Below, one piece after another: positions 1-8,405 of a stretch of 64,000 nt of DNA. Every line of letters begins with the position of its first letter. The first letter of the stretch is position 1. The stretch lies in sequence record PQ451753.1; one strand, given 5' to 3'. The notes below the pieces were generated by a model. The model was not told the origin of the DNA and made no database searches. It saw only the letters and a program-made list of their open reading frames with translations. The translations under genes and the position numbers were made by a program.

Positions 1-561
1 TACGATACCGCGATTAAGTTTAACGGAGAACGTGAAGATAAAATCCCTAAAATACTTGAGATGATTAACTCAGGTGGTTTCTACGACGCTGAAATCAGAC
101 GCATTACAGAAACATTAACCAAAGAACGCCCACAGACGATTCGTGTACTACCTAACGAGTTCATGGTGTCTGGTACTAAGTCACACTACAAACCAAAGCT
201 AGCTGCTTACAAAGAGCTTGATAATGAAGCTATTGCGCCATACTGGCAATACCGTGGAGAGTTCAATCATGAGATACGCCACCTTATCGTGAGTGTGCGT
301 AGTTCAGATAACATTGAAACCAATTACCTGATTGAGAACCCAGAAGACATCCCAACCAATACCATCAATCACCGTATAGGTGTTAATGGACTACGCTGGC
401 TATTCGATAACTTCCGTAATGTTCGTTCACTAACACGTGAAGACTTCTACCCTATCTATGAGAAACCTAAATCGCCCGCACTAATCTTTAAGGTGTCGCG
501 TAGTAAGGGCTTCCCTAATACAGATAAGTTATTCAAACCTTACTTGATCGTGGTCAAGTAA
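1..561 (+). CDS. hypothetical protein, 5'-truncated by window edge
   Basis: Frame is open from base 1 (TAC GAT ACC...) through the ATG at 61 to TAA at 559-561. Confidence 0.75.
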   Translation, partial: YDTAIKFNGEREDKIPKILEMINSGGFYDAEIRRITETLTKERPQTIRVLPNEFMVSGTKSHYKPKLAAYKELDNEAIAPYWQYRGEFNHEIRHLIVSVRSSDNIETNYLIENPEDIPTNTINHRIGVNGLRWLFDNFRNVRSLTREDFYPIYEKPKSPALIFKVSRSKGFPNTDKLFKPYLIVVK

Positions 562-590
562 TTTAAAGATATATATCATTCCAGTGTATT
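562..590 (+). promoter_or_regulatory. putative phage early promoter (GATATATATCAT at 568-579)
   Basis: Motif recurs upstream of gene clusters at 5530, 12260, 20610, 52458 and 60279; analogous to the TATATTAC early motif of phiKZ. Confidence 0.65.
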
Positions 591-591
591 A

Positions 592-619
592 AGGAGAACT
601 TCGGTTCTCCTATTTTTTT
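592..619 (+). terminator. intrinsic terminator-like hairpin
   Basis: AGGAGAAC-TTCG-GTTCTCCT followed by ATTTTTTT. Confidence 0.8.
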
Positions 620-659
620 ATTTGCTTAAATATGGTTTGTTAATAAAGGAATTAATAAG

Positions 660-863
660 ATGAACATAAATACACTAAAGGCTAGTACAACAATACAACA
701 CCTACGTAAGGGTGATAAATACACCGTACTTGCAGTGGGTAAAATGGAAGAGCGTGGTGGTAATTGGATTCCGTCTGTCACGTTTCGTAAAATCAACACC
801 GATGAAGTGTACACACGTGCAGCTTCTCGTGTAGCCGTCAAGTTTAAAGTGGTGGAAGAATGA
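660..863 (+). CDS. DUF1653-like small SH3-fold protein
   Basis: QHLRKGDKYTVLAVG...VTF...VYTR...KFKVV resembles the Y.HYKG..Y.V...V.Y...+.VRP...F pattern; SD AAGGA. Confidence 0.5.
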   Translation: MNINTLKASTTIQHLRKGDKYTVLAVGKMEERGGNWIPSVTFRKINTDEVYTRAASRVAVKFKVVEE

Positions 864-1399
864 AAGACTTAGCATTCTATCAGCGAGTTAATTTCACGCT
901 AGCACAGTGGCAAGAGATTAGCACTATCTGGTATGAGCTCTTTGACAAACATAAAGAACTGATGCATGTTAACTTCAGCCACGTGCAGCCGGAGTACAAG
1001 GACGAGTTCTTCGAAGAATCTCAATTGGTTGATTTAAATGGTGAGGTGCTTACCGATCCAAATAAAGTGTATGGTGCCGAGAAGGTGGACTATCATACCG
1101 AAACTGACATCTCGGTTTACATTCAGATACATGAGTTTAAGCCATATAGAAGTGTACCATTCCGTTTATACCGACACATCACACCGTCGTATGAAGGTGA
1201 TGAAGAACCTGAGTTCCGTGTGTATAAAGTCCGTAGTCAGTTCTACTCAGTTGTTGCACTAGCATTATTAAAGGCTATTGCATGTCGCTGGCCGGGCAGT
1301 ATTGAAATGATGGATGAAGAAGACGAACTAGAGTTAGACTCTCACGTCTTAAACTACATTAATAAATTCGCAAAACAATTCGAAGTACAGGGCGCATAG
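860..1399 (+). CDS. hypothetical protein
   Basis: ORF track; ATGA overlap with upstream stop. Confidence 0.8.
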   Translation: MKDLAFYQRVNFTLAQWQEISTIWYELFDKHKELMHVNFSHVQPEYKDEFFEESQLVDLNGEVLTDPNKVYGAEKVDYHTETDISVYIQIHEFKPYRSVPFRLYRHITPSYEGDEEPEFRVYKVRSQFYSVVALALLKAIACRWPGSIEMMDEEDELELDSHVLNYINKFAKQFEVQGA

Positions 1400-1428
1400 A
1401 CGCCCTCCTATTGGGAGATAGTAGTACC

Positions 1429-1953
1429 ATGAGTAAAGGTTTCACTAAGAAGCAAGTAGAGCAAGCAAAGAAAACTGCATTAAACAACATCATCTTTTAT
1501 GGGTCGTCTGCGGTACGCGGCGTTACCTTTGAAGGTTTTGACGTAATGGAACGTTTATTACGTCCTAAGAAATACGAGCAAGCAGTAGAAGAACTTAAAC
1601 ACGAGTTACGTACTGAGTATCGCCCTTATATGTTCTGGGTAGCAGTGTTCCGTGAGATAGATGATACGATTGAAATTGATACGTATCAGATTATCCATAA
1701 CGAGCTTACGGTACCTGAGATTGATTTGTGGCTAAACGACTACATCACTCAGTGTATCCATGAAAAGAGTCCTGAGACATGTCAGGGTTACGGTTGGGTT
1801 GGTACGCCGTGTATGTACTTCGACTTTGATGCAGAAGAAGAGAACCTCATCAAACGTTTTGAAGGTCAAGGTATCTACGACCAAGAGAAACGCCAATCTA
1901 TCATCCACCAATATACAGCAGAACAAATTGCTAAGATGAAAGGAAACTTGTAA
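1429..1953 (+). CDS. hypothetical protein
   Basis: ORF track; start moved to the ATG after SD GGGAGA. Confidence 0.8.
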   Translation: MSKGFTKKQVEQAKKTALNNIIFYGSSAVRGVTFEGFDVMERLLRPKKYEQAVEELKHELRTEYRPYMFWVAVFREIDDTIEIDTYQIIHNELTVPEIDLWLNDYITQCIHEKSPETCQGYGWVGTPCMYFDFDAEEENLIKRFEGQGIYDQEKRQSIIHQYTAEQIAKMKGNL

Positions 1954-2384
1954 TGGAAATAAAAGTCTGTCTAGGTGTACTGCATGAACCAAATACCTAC
2001 GGTAATGCAATGACGGAAGAGCATGTGGAAGCCATGCAGAAAAAGATTGAAAAGAACGGCGGTATCTACGGGGAATGTGAGTTCCCTAACCTTGAAGGGA
2101 TGTCTGCCGAGGCATCATTCCGCCGTATTCGTCAATTAGACCTCTCCAGAGCCTCTCACTGTATCTCTAAGGTGTTTACGGAAGAGAACCGTGTAATGGC
2201 TATAGTTAAACCTTTCGGTCCATATGGTGGTATTCTGGAACGATATATAGAAGGTGATAAAGGAACTGTGTTCAGTATCGCCAGTCATAACCAACCTAGG
2301 TTTGGTATCCGTGGTATTAAGAAGCCACAAGAAAATGGGAATGACTTAATCGACATTGTGAGTTTTGATTTAGTCACTCCTTAA
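1953..2384 (+). CDS. degenerate (likely inactive) T4 gp21/phiKZ gp175-type prohead protease paralog
   Basis: IYGECEFP ~ LGELNHP, RASHCISKV, VKPFGPYGGIL, PRFGIRG ~ PGVSSRG, IVSFDLV; catalytic His and Ser positions substituted. Confidence 0.65.
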   Translation: MEIKVCLGVLHEPNTYGNAMTEEHVEAMQKKIEKNGGIYGECEFPNLEGMSAEASFRRIRQLDLSRASHCISKVFTEENRVMAIVKPFGPYGGILERYIEGDKGTVFSIASHNQPRFGIRGIKKPQENGNDLIDIVSFDLVTP

Positions 2385-2397
2385 TGGGAGATAAGCT

Positions 2398-2721
2398 ATG
2401 ATCCGTTTTACATGTGGGGTTAATCCCTCACTCATTCAATTGGGCGTGTTAACTGACCCAACGTTACCGCAACGTATCCTTGACGGTAAAATACCCTTGG
2501 TTATTGAGAACCATATGGGTGATGATATTATATTGTTTAGTATCGGGCATGTGATGGACATATGCATCGCAAAAGGTGAGCTGCAAGTATGTGCTGCCTT
2601 TAAAGCGTCTATTGCTTTCTACTTCGATACCATACATGAGGTGGAGCTTTCGCCTGTGTTGATTGGTTATGGTGACGATTGGCGATTATTGCGGTTTGAT
2701 GTTAAAAAGAAGAAGAAATGA
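2398..2721 (+). CDS. hypothetical protein, possibly a second, more eroded protease-fold paralog
   Basis: SD GGGAG; IGHVMDICIAKGELQV, LSPVLIG and LLRFDV echo the upstream gene. Confidence 0.7.
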   Translation: MIRFTCGVNPSLIQLGVLTDPTLPQRILDGKIPLVIENHMGDDIILFSIGHVMDICIAKGELQVCAAFKASIAFYFDTIHEVELSPVLIGYGDDWRLLRFDVKKKKK

Positions 2722-3137
2722 CTGCTCAAGATATAAATCTAGTGCCCGCTAAGGCGAGAAGAGGGGTTAAACGAAAGCGGCGGTATGACTTAGACAGTAC
2801 AGGTGATGAAGTAGTTATCCGATTGCCTTACTGTCATGTCATGCGGGAGTATATCACAGTGGAACGGGCTTTAGAAAGATTCAACTTTGCCAGTGTTCCA
2901 ATCGTACGTTCATTAGAATCGCGAATGACAATTGCGGATGTTATTAAAGCAAGACGCAGTCGTATTGTTGGGCATATCACTGGTGGCACTTTCCACGAGA
3001 CATACTTCACACTAACAATAAAACCGTTACCGTTTAACAAATGGTTATTTGAACGAACAAGTTCAAGATACTATCCGATGCTGACTGACCCGAAATCAAG
3101 AATTAAAAACTTTCGACATTTCGTAATGACAGTGTGA
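2718..3137 (+). CDS. hypothetical basic protein
   Basis: ORF track; ATGA overlap; ends at terminator. Confidence 0.75.
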   Translation: MTAQDINLVPAKARRGVKRKRRYDLDSTGDEVVIRLPYCHVMREYITVERALERFNFASVPIVRSLESRMTIADVIKARRSRIVGHITGGTFHETYFTLTIKPLPFNKWLFERTSSRYYPMLTDPKSRIKNFRHFVMTV

Positions 3138-3182
3138 CAAAATAAATAGAGACGAAGAGGGTGTTTACCCTCTTCTTTTTTT
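3137..3182. repeat. 46-bp exact repeat, copy 1 (bidirectional terminator)
   Basis: ACAAAATAAATAGAGACGAAGAGGGTGTTTACCCTCTTCTTTTTTT is identical to 21401-21446; stem GAAGAGGGT/ACCCTCTTC. Confidence 0.95.
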
Positions 3183-3395
3183 GTCTCGATATAGTAGATA
3201 AAGGATGGCATAAGTAACTGAGTAAGTAGTGGTTACAATGACTATCATGTTTAAGTAGTCACTAGCGATGGTTGGGTAAATGACACTGTGTAGAAAGGTG
3301 CACATTTCATTGTCTGCACAAGTCAGTAAAAAGATGATCCCATATACGAGTAGGGACATGAATACGGACACTCCTTTCATTTGTACGCTTGTCAT
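3165..3395 (-). CDS. small two-TM membrane protein (holin-like candidate)
   Basis: GGAG SD 6 nt before the ATG at 3395; TATG motif upstream (3430-3433); two hydrophobic segments and basic tail RDKKRRG. Confidence 0.5.
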   Translation of the reverse strand: MTSVQMKGVSVFMSLLVYGIIFLLTCADNEMCTFLHSVIYPTIASDYLNMIVIVTTTYSVTYAILYLLYRDKKRRG

Positions 3396-3541
3396 AAGGT
3401 ACTCCGATTGTCTCACAGATAAGGGTTCTCATAGGATTTCTTTTTTTGCTAACATTACACCGTAGATCTAGTGCCTAACGGGGTTCTGAGTATAAAAAAG
3501 GTAAATGCTATGTGTAGATGCCAAATAGAAGAGGAGACAAC

Positions 3542-5146
3542 ATGGCTATTGACATCTCTAAACATCCGGAAGATTTATTGGCAGCACGAATCTCCGAGAT
3601 GAATCCAAATCTGCCAACACTAACACGAAACGAAATTAACATTCGTCGTATTACTCCATTTACTGTAGACCGTTGGAGCTTAGCTGTAGATAAAGGTATC
3701 ACTGAATTTATTGCAGGTTACCCAACATGTCGTTACATCCAACCGCCTAACTGGGACTCACGTGACCATGCGGGTTTTGTTGTTCGTAAGAACCTAACGT
3801 TTTCCGGTAACTCGATTACGTTAAAGGCTCGCTCAGACAACAGTTTTAAAGTTTTCATTGATGGCGTTGAAGTCCTCAGTGGTAGCAATTACTTACAGTC
3901 GTACACTACTACGATCCAACCAACCGCAGGTGTGCATGAAGTGTTGATCTCTTCATACGACGAAACTGGCGGTGCAGGTGTTGCTTTTGTCTTTGACGAT
4001 AACGGTACATTAGTTGTTTCAGATAACACATGGCCTTGTACGGAATACACTGGACAAGACCCACTGTTCTACTCAGGTGAGATCTACGAGACAACTGCTG
4101 AAGTCGATATGAAGATTGCACCATCTGAAGCGTTCGGTGACTTTGTAGAGTTCCGTTACCCACGTATCCCAATCGATAAACTGTTCGGTCAAATCGATGA
4201 AGATACTGGAACCGTTGAAGTAGAAGTGAAATACCCGTTAGATCAAATTCAAATGTTATCAGGCGCTATCGATAACTTTGAACAAATCTACCAAAACTGG
4301 TATCGCTTCTCACACAGCAGTAGTGGCAATTACCCTGCTAAAGAAACAGAATTGAATGGTTGGAGCTACATCGCTGAATACGACTGTATCCAATCTACTC
4401 AGAACTCAGGTACTTACGTAGGTTTTATCTCAGACGACTTTGCCGACGACTACATCTTTAGTACGTTAGTCTCAGCACAGAACGCAGATGATGATGCTAT
4501 CAACATTAACCTTGGCGCATTTAAACAAGGCGATATTGATGCTCGTGAACATACCCTGTCTGTTTGTTGTGCACGTGGTGGTGTAAACGGCGCTTTCATT
4601 ACCGTGTATGATAACTACTTGCAATCTGATTCAACTCGTCTGATTACCATTGACAGCGACACTACCGATCGTCCTAACAATGGTATTGGATGGACACCGT
4701 GGTACGCCCACGTCTATGCAAGACGTACTGGTGATAAGATTCACGTTTGGGTATTGATGGAAGAGATTCCTACGGTGAGTGGTAAAACACGTGATGAGGT
4801 ACTACTTGGATTAGTAGATGATTCAGCAGCATTAACTGAAGCAGACTTCACTGCACGTGGTTACAAAGCAGCTGTTATCGACTTGGCGACTCAAGCACCA
4901 CGCTTCAACCGTTCGGTACGTTACGGCTACGGTCAGTACTCACAGTCCTACGCACGTTTCTGGAACATTCGTCGTCCGAACGATAACCCAGAGGTAACGC
5001 CGGAATTGAAACAATACTTTATTGATACCTTTGGTTTTAACATGGGTGATAATGGTATTGAAGTAGAAAACCTTGGCGCTAACAAGTTCCAGATTTCATT
5101 TGATAACGTCTTGTACAAAGGCGATTTGACAATGTTACCGTACTAA
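3542..5146 (+). CDS. virion structural/adhesin protein with galactose-binding-like and ConA/TSP-C-like lectin domains
   Basis: SD GAGGAG; TATG upstream; ARSDNSFKVFIDG...GGAGVAF...VVSDNTW domain; FEQIYQNWYRFSH...NSGTYVGFIS...DDDAI...EHTL domain shared with the tail-fibre C-termini. Confidence 0.7.
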   Translation: MAIDISKHPEDLLAARISEMNPNLPTLTRNEINIRRITPFTVDRWSLAVDKGITEFIAGYPTCRYIQPPNWDSRDHAGFVVRKNLTFSGNSITLKARSDNSFKVFIDGVEVLSGSNYLQSYTTTIQPTAGVHEVLISSYDETGGAGVAFVFDDNGTLVVSDNTWPCTEYTGQDPLFYSGEIYETTAEVDMKIAPSEAFGDFVEFRYPRIPIDKLFGQIDEDTGTVEVEVKYPLDQIQMLSGAIDNFEQIYQNWYRFSHSSSGNYPAKETELNGWSYIAEYDCIQSTQNSGTYVGFISDDFADDYIFSTLVSAQNADDDAININLGAFKQGDIDAREHTLSVCCARGGVNGAFITVYDNYLQSDSTRLITIDSDTTDRPNNGIGWTPWYAHVYARRTGDKIHVWVLMEEIPTVSGKTRDEVLLGLVDDSAALTEADFTARGYKAAVIDLATQAPRFNRSVRYGYGQYSQSYARFWNIRRPNDNPEVTPELKQYFIDTFGFNMGDNGIEVENLGANKFQISFDNVLYKGDLTMLPY

Positions 5147-5166
5147 GTTTTTATGTTGAGATAATA

Positions 5167-5475
5167 ATGAGACTTCGAGAATTAACCGATGTGGCGTTTA
5201 AGTATCGTCACGTTAAAACAGGTGAGGTGATATACGCACTACCAGTATTAACACATATTACGACCCACATCAAAACAAAGGGAAGTCATGGACGTATCTT
5301 TCTATTAGATATGTCCTACTTCAAGAATACGATTGAAGAGTATGAGAACGGAGCATGGGTGTATGTTCGCGAAAGTGAGATTCGTAGAATTATGATGTTC
5401 ACTTTGAAACACGCTAACATCTATCAAACGACTCGTACTAATTTGATTACTGAATATGATGAAATTGATGCATAA
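5167..5475 (+). CDS. hypothetical protein
   Basis: ORF track; GAGATAATAATG start context. Confidence 0.75.
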   Translation: MRLRELTDVAFKYRHVKTGEVIYALPVLTHITTHIKTKGSHGRIFLLDMSYFKNTIEEYENGAWVYVRESEIRRIMMFTLKHANIYQTTRTNLITEYDEIDA

Positions 5476-5476
5476 A

Positions 5477-5507
5477 GAGTGAGGGCTTCGGCCCTCCTCT
5501 TTTATTT
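5477..5507 (+). terminator. intrinsic terminator
   Basis: GAGGGC-TTCG-GCCCTC followed by CTCTTTTATTTGTC. Confidence 0.85.
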
Positions 5508-5515
5508 GTCGCCAG

Positions 5516-5550
5516 TGAAAAATAATGCGGATATATATCATTTAGAGGAT
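5516..5550 (+). promoter_or_regulatory. putative early promoter
   Basis: AAAAATAATGCGGATATATATCAT (core 5530-5541). Confidence 0.7.
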
Positions 5551-5585
5551 ATTAACCTAATGAATTTTTTACAATGGAGATAATA

Positions 5586-6242
5586 ATGACTAATGTAGTT
5601 AACCTAGACTTTGGCTTCCGTGACCCAAATGGCTACGACGCGGACGAACGCTTTGACCTACGCCAGAACGCATTACTGATGTCAGTGAATTGGCAAGTTG
5701 ATGTACTACGTGAAGTGGCTATCGATTTGTTTATGCGTGAAGGTGAAGTTGAAATGCATACTGCGGTTCCGCTGTTCGATGTCATGGGGTCGATATACCG
5801 CGATATCTTAATGCCCGCTACTGTCACGTCAGACTTAGGCTTACGTCGTGCACGTACAATCAAAAAGAATTTCTCAACTACATGCTTCCATTTCCCGCTT
5901 AGTGCTATTAAGGAGATGAGTAAGTTTGTAGAAAATGGTGAGGTGCCAACACCACCATTACAAGTAGAAGTCGCATACATCGATTACGATGATGACTATA
6001 CTGAAAGCGAAATCTTCCACACAGTTACCATCGATACACTAACGTTACCAGATAACACGACGATTAATAAGAATATCCTGAATGGGTTGGTAAAGAACGT
6101 AAACAGTCTCGTCGAGATGAACGGCGGGTTCAGTAAAGGTACTATTGCCGATGATGGTACGAGTCCTGCACTGATTGGTTTTATTCCATACTCAGAAGTT
6201 CAGTACATTCGAATTTCTCTAGTTATCTCAGAACTTAAATAA
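5586..6242 (+). CDS. hypothetical protein
   Basis: ORF track; start at GGAGATAATAATG. Confidence 0.8.
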   Translation: MTNVVNLDFGFRDPNGYDADERFDLRQNALLMSVNWQVDVLREVAIDLFMREGEVEMHTAVPLFDVMGSIYRDILMPATVTSDLGLRRARTIKKNFSTTCFHFPLSAIKEMSKFVENGEVPTPPLQVEVAYIDYDDDYTESEIFHTVTIDTLTLPDNTTINKNILNGLVKNVNSLVEMNGGFSKGTIADDGTSPALIGFIPYSEVQYIRISLVISELK

Positions 6243-6256
6243 TAGGAGCATTCTAA

Positions 6257-6811
6257 ATGCGCATTAACGATACACAAATCATGAATTCAAAACCTAAGTT
6301 CGCTTCTTTGTTTTCAAATGCAAGCTACTTCATGGGCGTCTACTTTCTAACACTTAAAGACCGCTACGTACGTAATCCAATTCCAATTCAAGAAGTATTG
6401 GCTGAAGTGGAAGAGTCGTATCCGGTACTGAAGAACAAACCATACCACTACATGCGTTCAGATGAACTGTTAGTGATTCACGATCGTGACGATGCTAACT
6501 TAACCGCAGCGGTATTGGCGTGTCAGGAAGACCGTAAGAACAAACAACCGTCATTCGGGTTTGTTTCACCGACGTCTGGTAACCGTGATCCGTTAGAACG
6601 TTTTAACATGCATAATCATCAGGACTTCCGTCCTAATGAATCAGACAAGTACACTACTGTACGTTTGGCTGAACATATGCGTGAGCCACGTTACAACGTA
6701 TGGATGATTGACGTATGTCCTGAGTTTGGCATGAACACAGTTATCATTGACGGTGTAATTGCCATCGACTTTGCAAAACCTGCGGTGCTTAAGTCGGATG
6801 ACGAAGAGTAA
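6257..6811 (+). CDS. hypothetical protein
   Basis: ORF track; SD AGGAG. Confidence 0.8.
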   Translation: MRINDTQIMNSKPKFASLFSNASYFMGVYFLTLKDRYVRNPIPIQEVLAEVEESYPVLKNKPYHYMRSDELLVIHDRDDANLTAAVLACQEDRKNKQPSFGFVSPTSGNRDPLERFNMHNHQDFRPNESDKYTTVRLAEHMREPRYNVWMIDVCPEFGMNTVIIDGVIAIDFAKPAVLKSDDEE

Positions 6812-6819
6812 ACCATAGC

Positions 6820-6854
6820 AAGATGCGGACTAATTCCGCATCTTTTTCTTTTTT
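6820..6854 (+). terminator. intrinsic terminator
   Basis: AGATGCGGA-CTAAT-TCCGCATCT followed by T-tract. Confidence 0.85.
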
Positions 6855-6869
6855 GTAAGGAATATTTAA

Positions 6870-8393
6870 ATGCTAAATCACGTTACTAACATGGTGATTA
6901 GTTCACCAGAGGTTATTGCACAGTTACTGGATGAACAAGACCGTCCCGACCTTACTCAAGTATCTCCATATCCTAACGAGATGGAGTTTGACTTTGACGG
7001 TATCAACGTTATGGTTGAAGAAGCGGTTCGTCATGCATTGCCGAAATTGACTGAGTCAAATGCAGCGCGTAACGACTTCGCTGCAAATAAGAAACACAAT
7101 GAGCGCGACATCAAGCAATTCAACGCTATGGCAGATAATGTCCTAAAGACGGGTTTCCGACACACCATGGATTGGAACCTCAGTATCTGGTCTACAAAAT
7201 GGAATGCCTACGCTCATGACAAAGAACGTTCTGCTGAAGACCGTGTAGTGTTTGATACTGCTTGGGGTATGCCAGAAGGGTTACTGCGTGAGTTATCTGC
7301 TAACAATGTAGAAACGCCAATCGTGGCACTGTTTGCAGATGAAGATGTTGGACGCAACTGCGGTATCTTTGTATTTCTTGGTGGTAATATCATCTATGAC
7401 CAACAGGCAGAAATAGACCAATGGGGCGTGGGGCGTATACAAGACCGTTGGAGTGAGTTTGCCATCACTCTTAAGAACTACGACTACAGTGAAGAAGACA
7501 TGGAAGAATTGCGTCAGATTCATGTCATGCACAAACTCTTCCGTGGGAAGAAACCAATCGGTCGTTTAACGCCACAGGCACGCAAGCTAGCGGGCTTAGA
7601 CAATCAAGATGACCAATCGCCTGTCTTTCTAACTACGCTCTTTAACGCAGTCTGTAAGCGCGATTCTGGCGTATCGTTCAACTACAACTCTAAGGGTGTT
7701 TCTGCACACTCTCGTGATTATGAAACGGAGACTGCCGAAAAAGAATGGATGATGAGCAAGTATCATGACAGTGAGTTCCTTTACATTGCAGATAACGCCG
7801 TCATCGAGTTTGACTTCGATATTATCAATGAGATATTTGCTGACCTTGACGAGCATAACTCATACACAACTGATGTTAAGCTACTGCCGTTACTTCAATA
7901 CTGCGGTGATGAAGGTATGGACCTTGCACGTATCTTAGGTATTCTGGTGAACTTCAATTCATTAGTGGCATCACTCCGTCAGCCTCACACGATACTGCAA
8001 GAAGCAGAAGACCTTGACTGGATTGTTGATTGGATGAACCGTAACCGTGGATGCGACATGACATTAGAGTTTGATCTCTTCCGTCAGTTTGTCATGGGTG
8101 AAGTTCAGTTTACTACATGGGCAGACAAGGCAAACCTACCTAAACCATCACTGGTTCCTGCTACGGTATTGAACGCGTCATTCCAAGGTATGGATGAATC
8201 ACGTCTAGGTTATGAGCAGTGCCGTGTGTTTAAGAGCATGTGTATGCTTTACCAATATCGTAACGTCATTACTCACAACAGTATCTCTACTGAGTACATG
8301 GACAGTGTTAATGGTAAGGTTTATCAAGTATTGCATGGTAAGTTCAGTAACTTAGTACATACGTGTATATCAAATGGACTGCCTGATTTATAA
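6870..8393 (+). CDS. DUF1281/YubB-like ferredoxin-fold N-terminal domain fused to an unknown C-terminal region
   Basis: MLNHVTN..., WNLSIWSTKWNAY, FDTAWGMP, FADEDVGRNCG match the WG-TKWNA/FDTAW.P/ADED.G family pattern. Confidence 0.6.
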   Translation: MLNHVTNMVISSPEVIAQLLDEQDRPDLTQVSPYPNEMEFDFDGINVMVEEAVRHALPKLTESNAARNDFAANKKHNERDIKQFNAMADNVLKTGFRHTMDWNLSIWSTKWNAYAHDKERSAEDRVVFDTAWGMPEGLLRELSANNVETPIVALFADEDVGRNCGIFVFLGGNIIYDQQAEIDQWGVGRIQDRWSEFAITLKNYDYSEEDMEELRQIHVMHKLFRGKKPIGRLTPQARKLAGLDNQDDQSPVFLTTLFNAVCKRDSGVSFNYNSKGVSAHSRDYETETAEKEWMMSKYHDSEFLYIADNAVIEFDFDIINEIFADLDEHNSYTTDVKLLPLLQYCGDEGMDLARILGILVNFNSLVASLRQPHTILQEAEDLDWIVDWMNRNRGCDMTLEFDLFRQFVMGEVQFTTWADKANLPKPSLVPATVLNASFQGMDESRLGYEQCRVFKSMCMLYQYRNVITHNSISTEYMDSVNGKVYQVLHGKFSNLVHTCISNGLPDL

Positions 8394-8405
8394 TGGGAGA
8401 CAATC

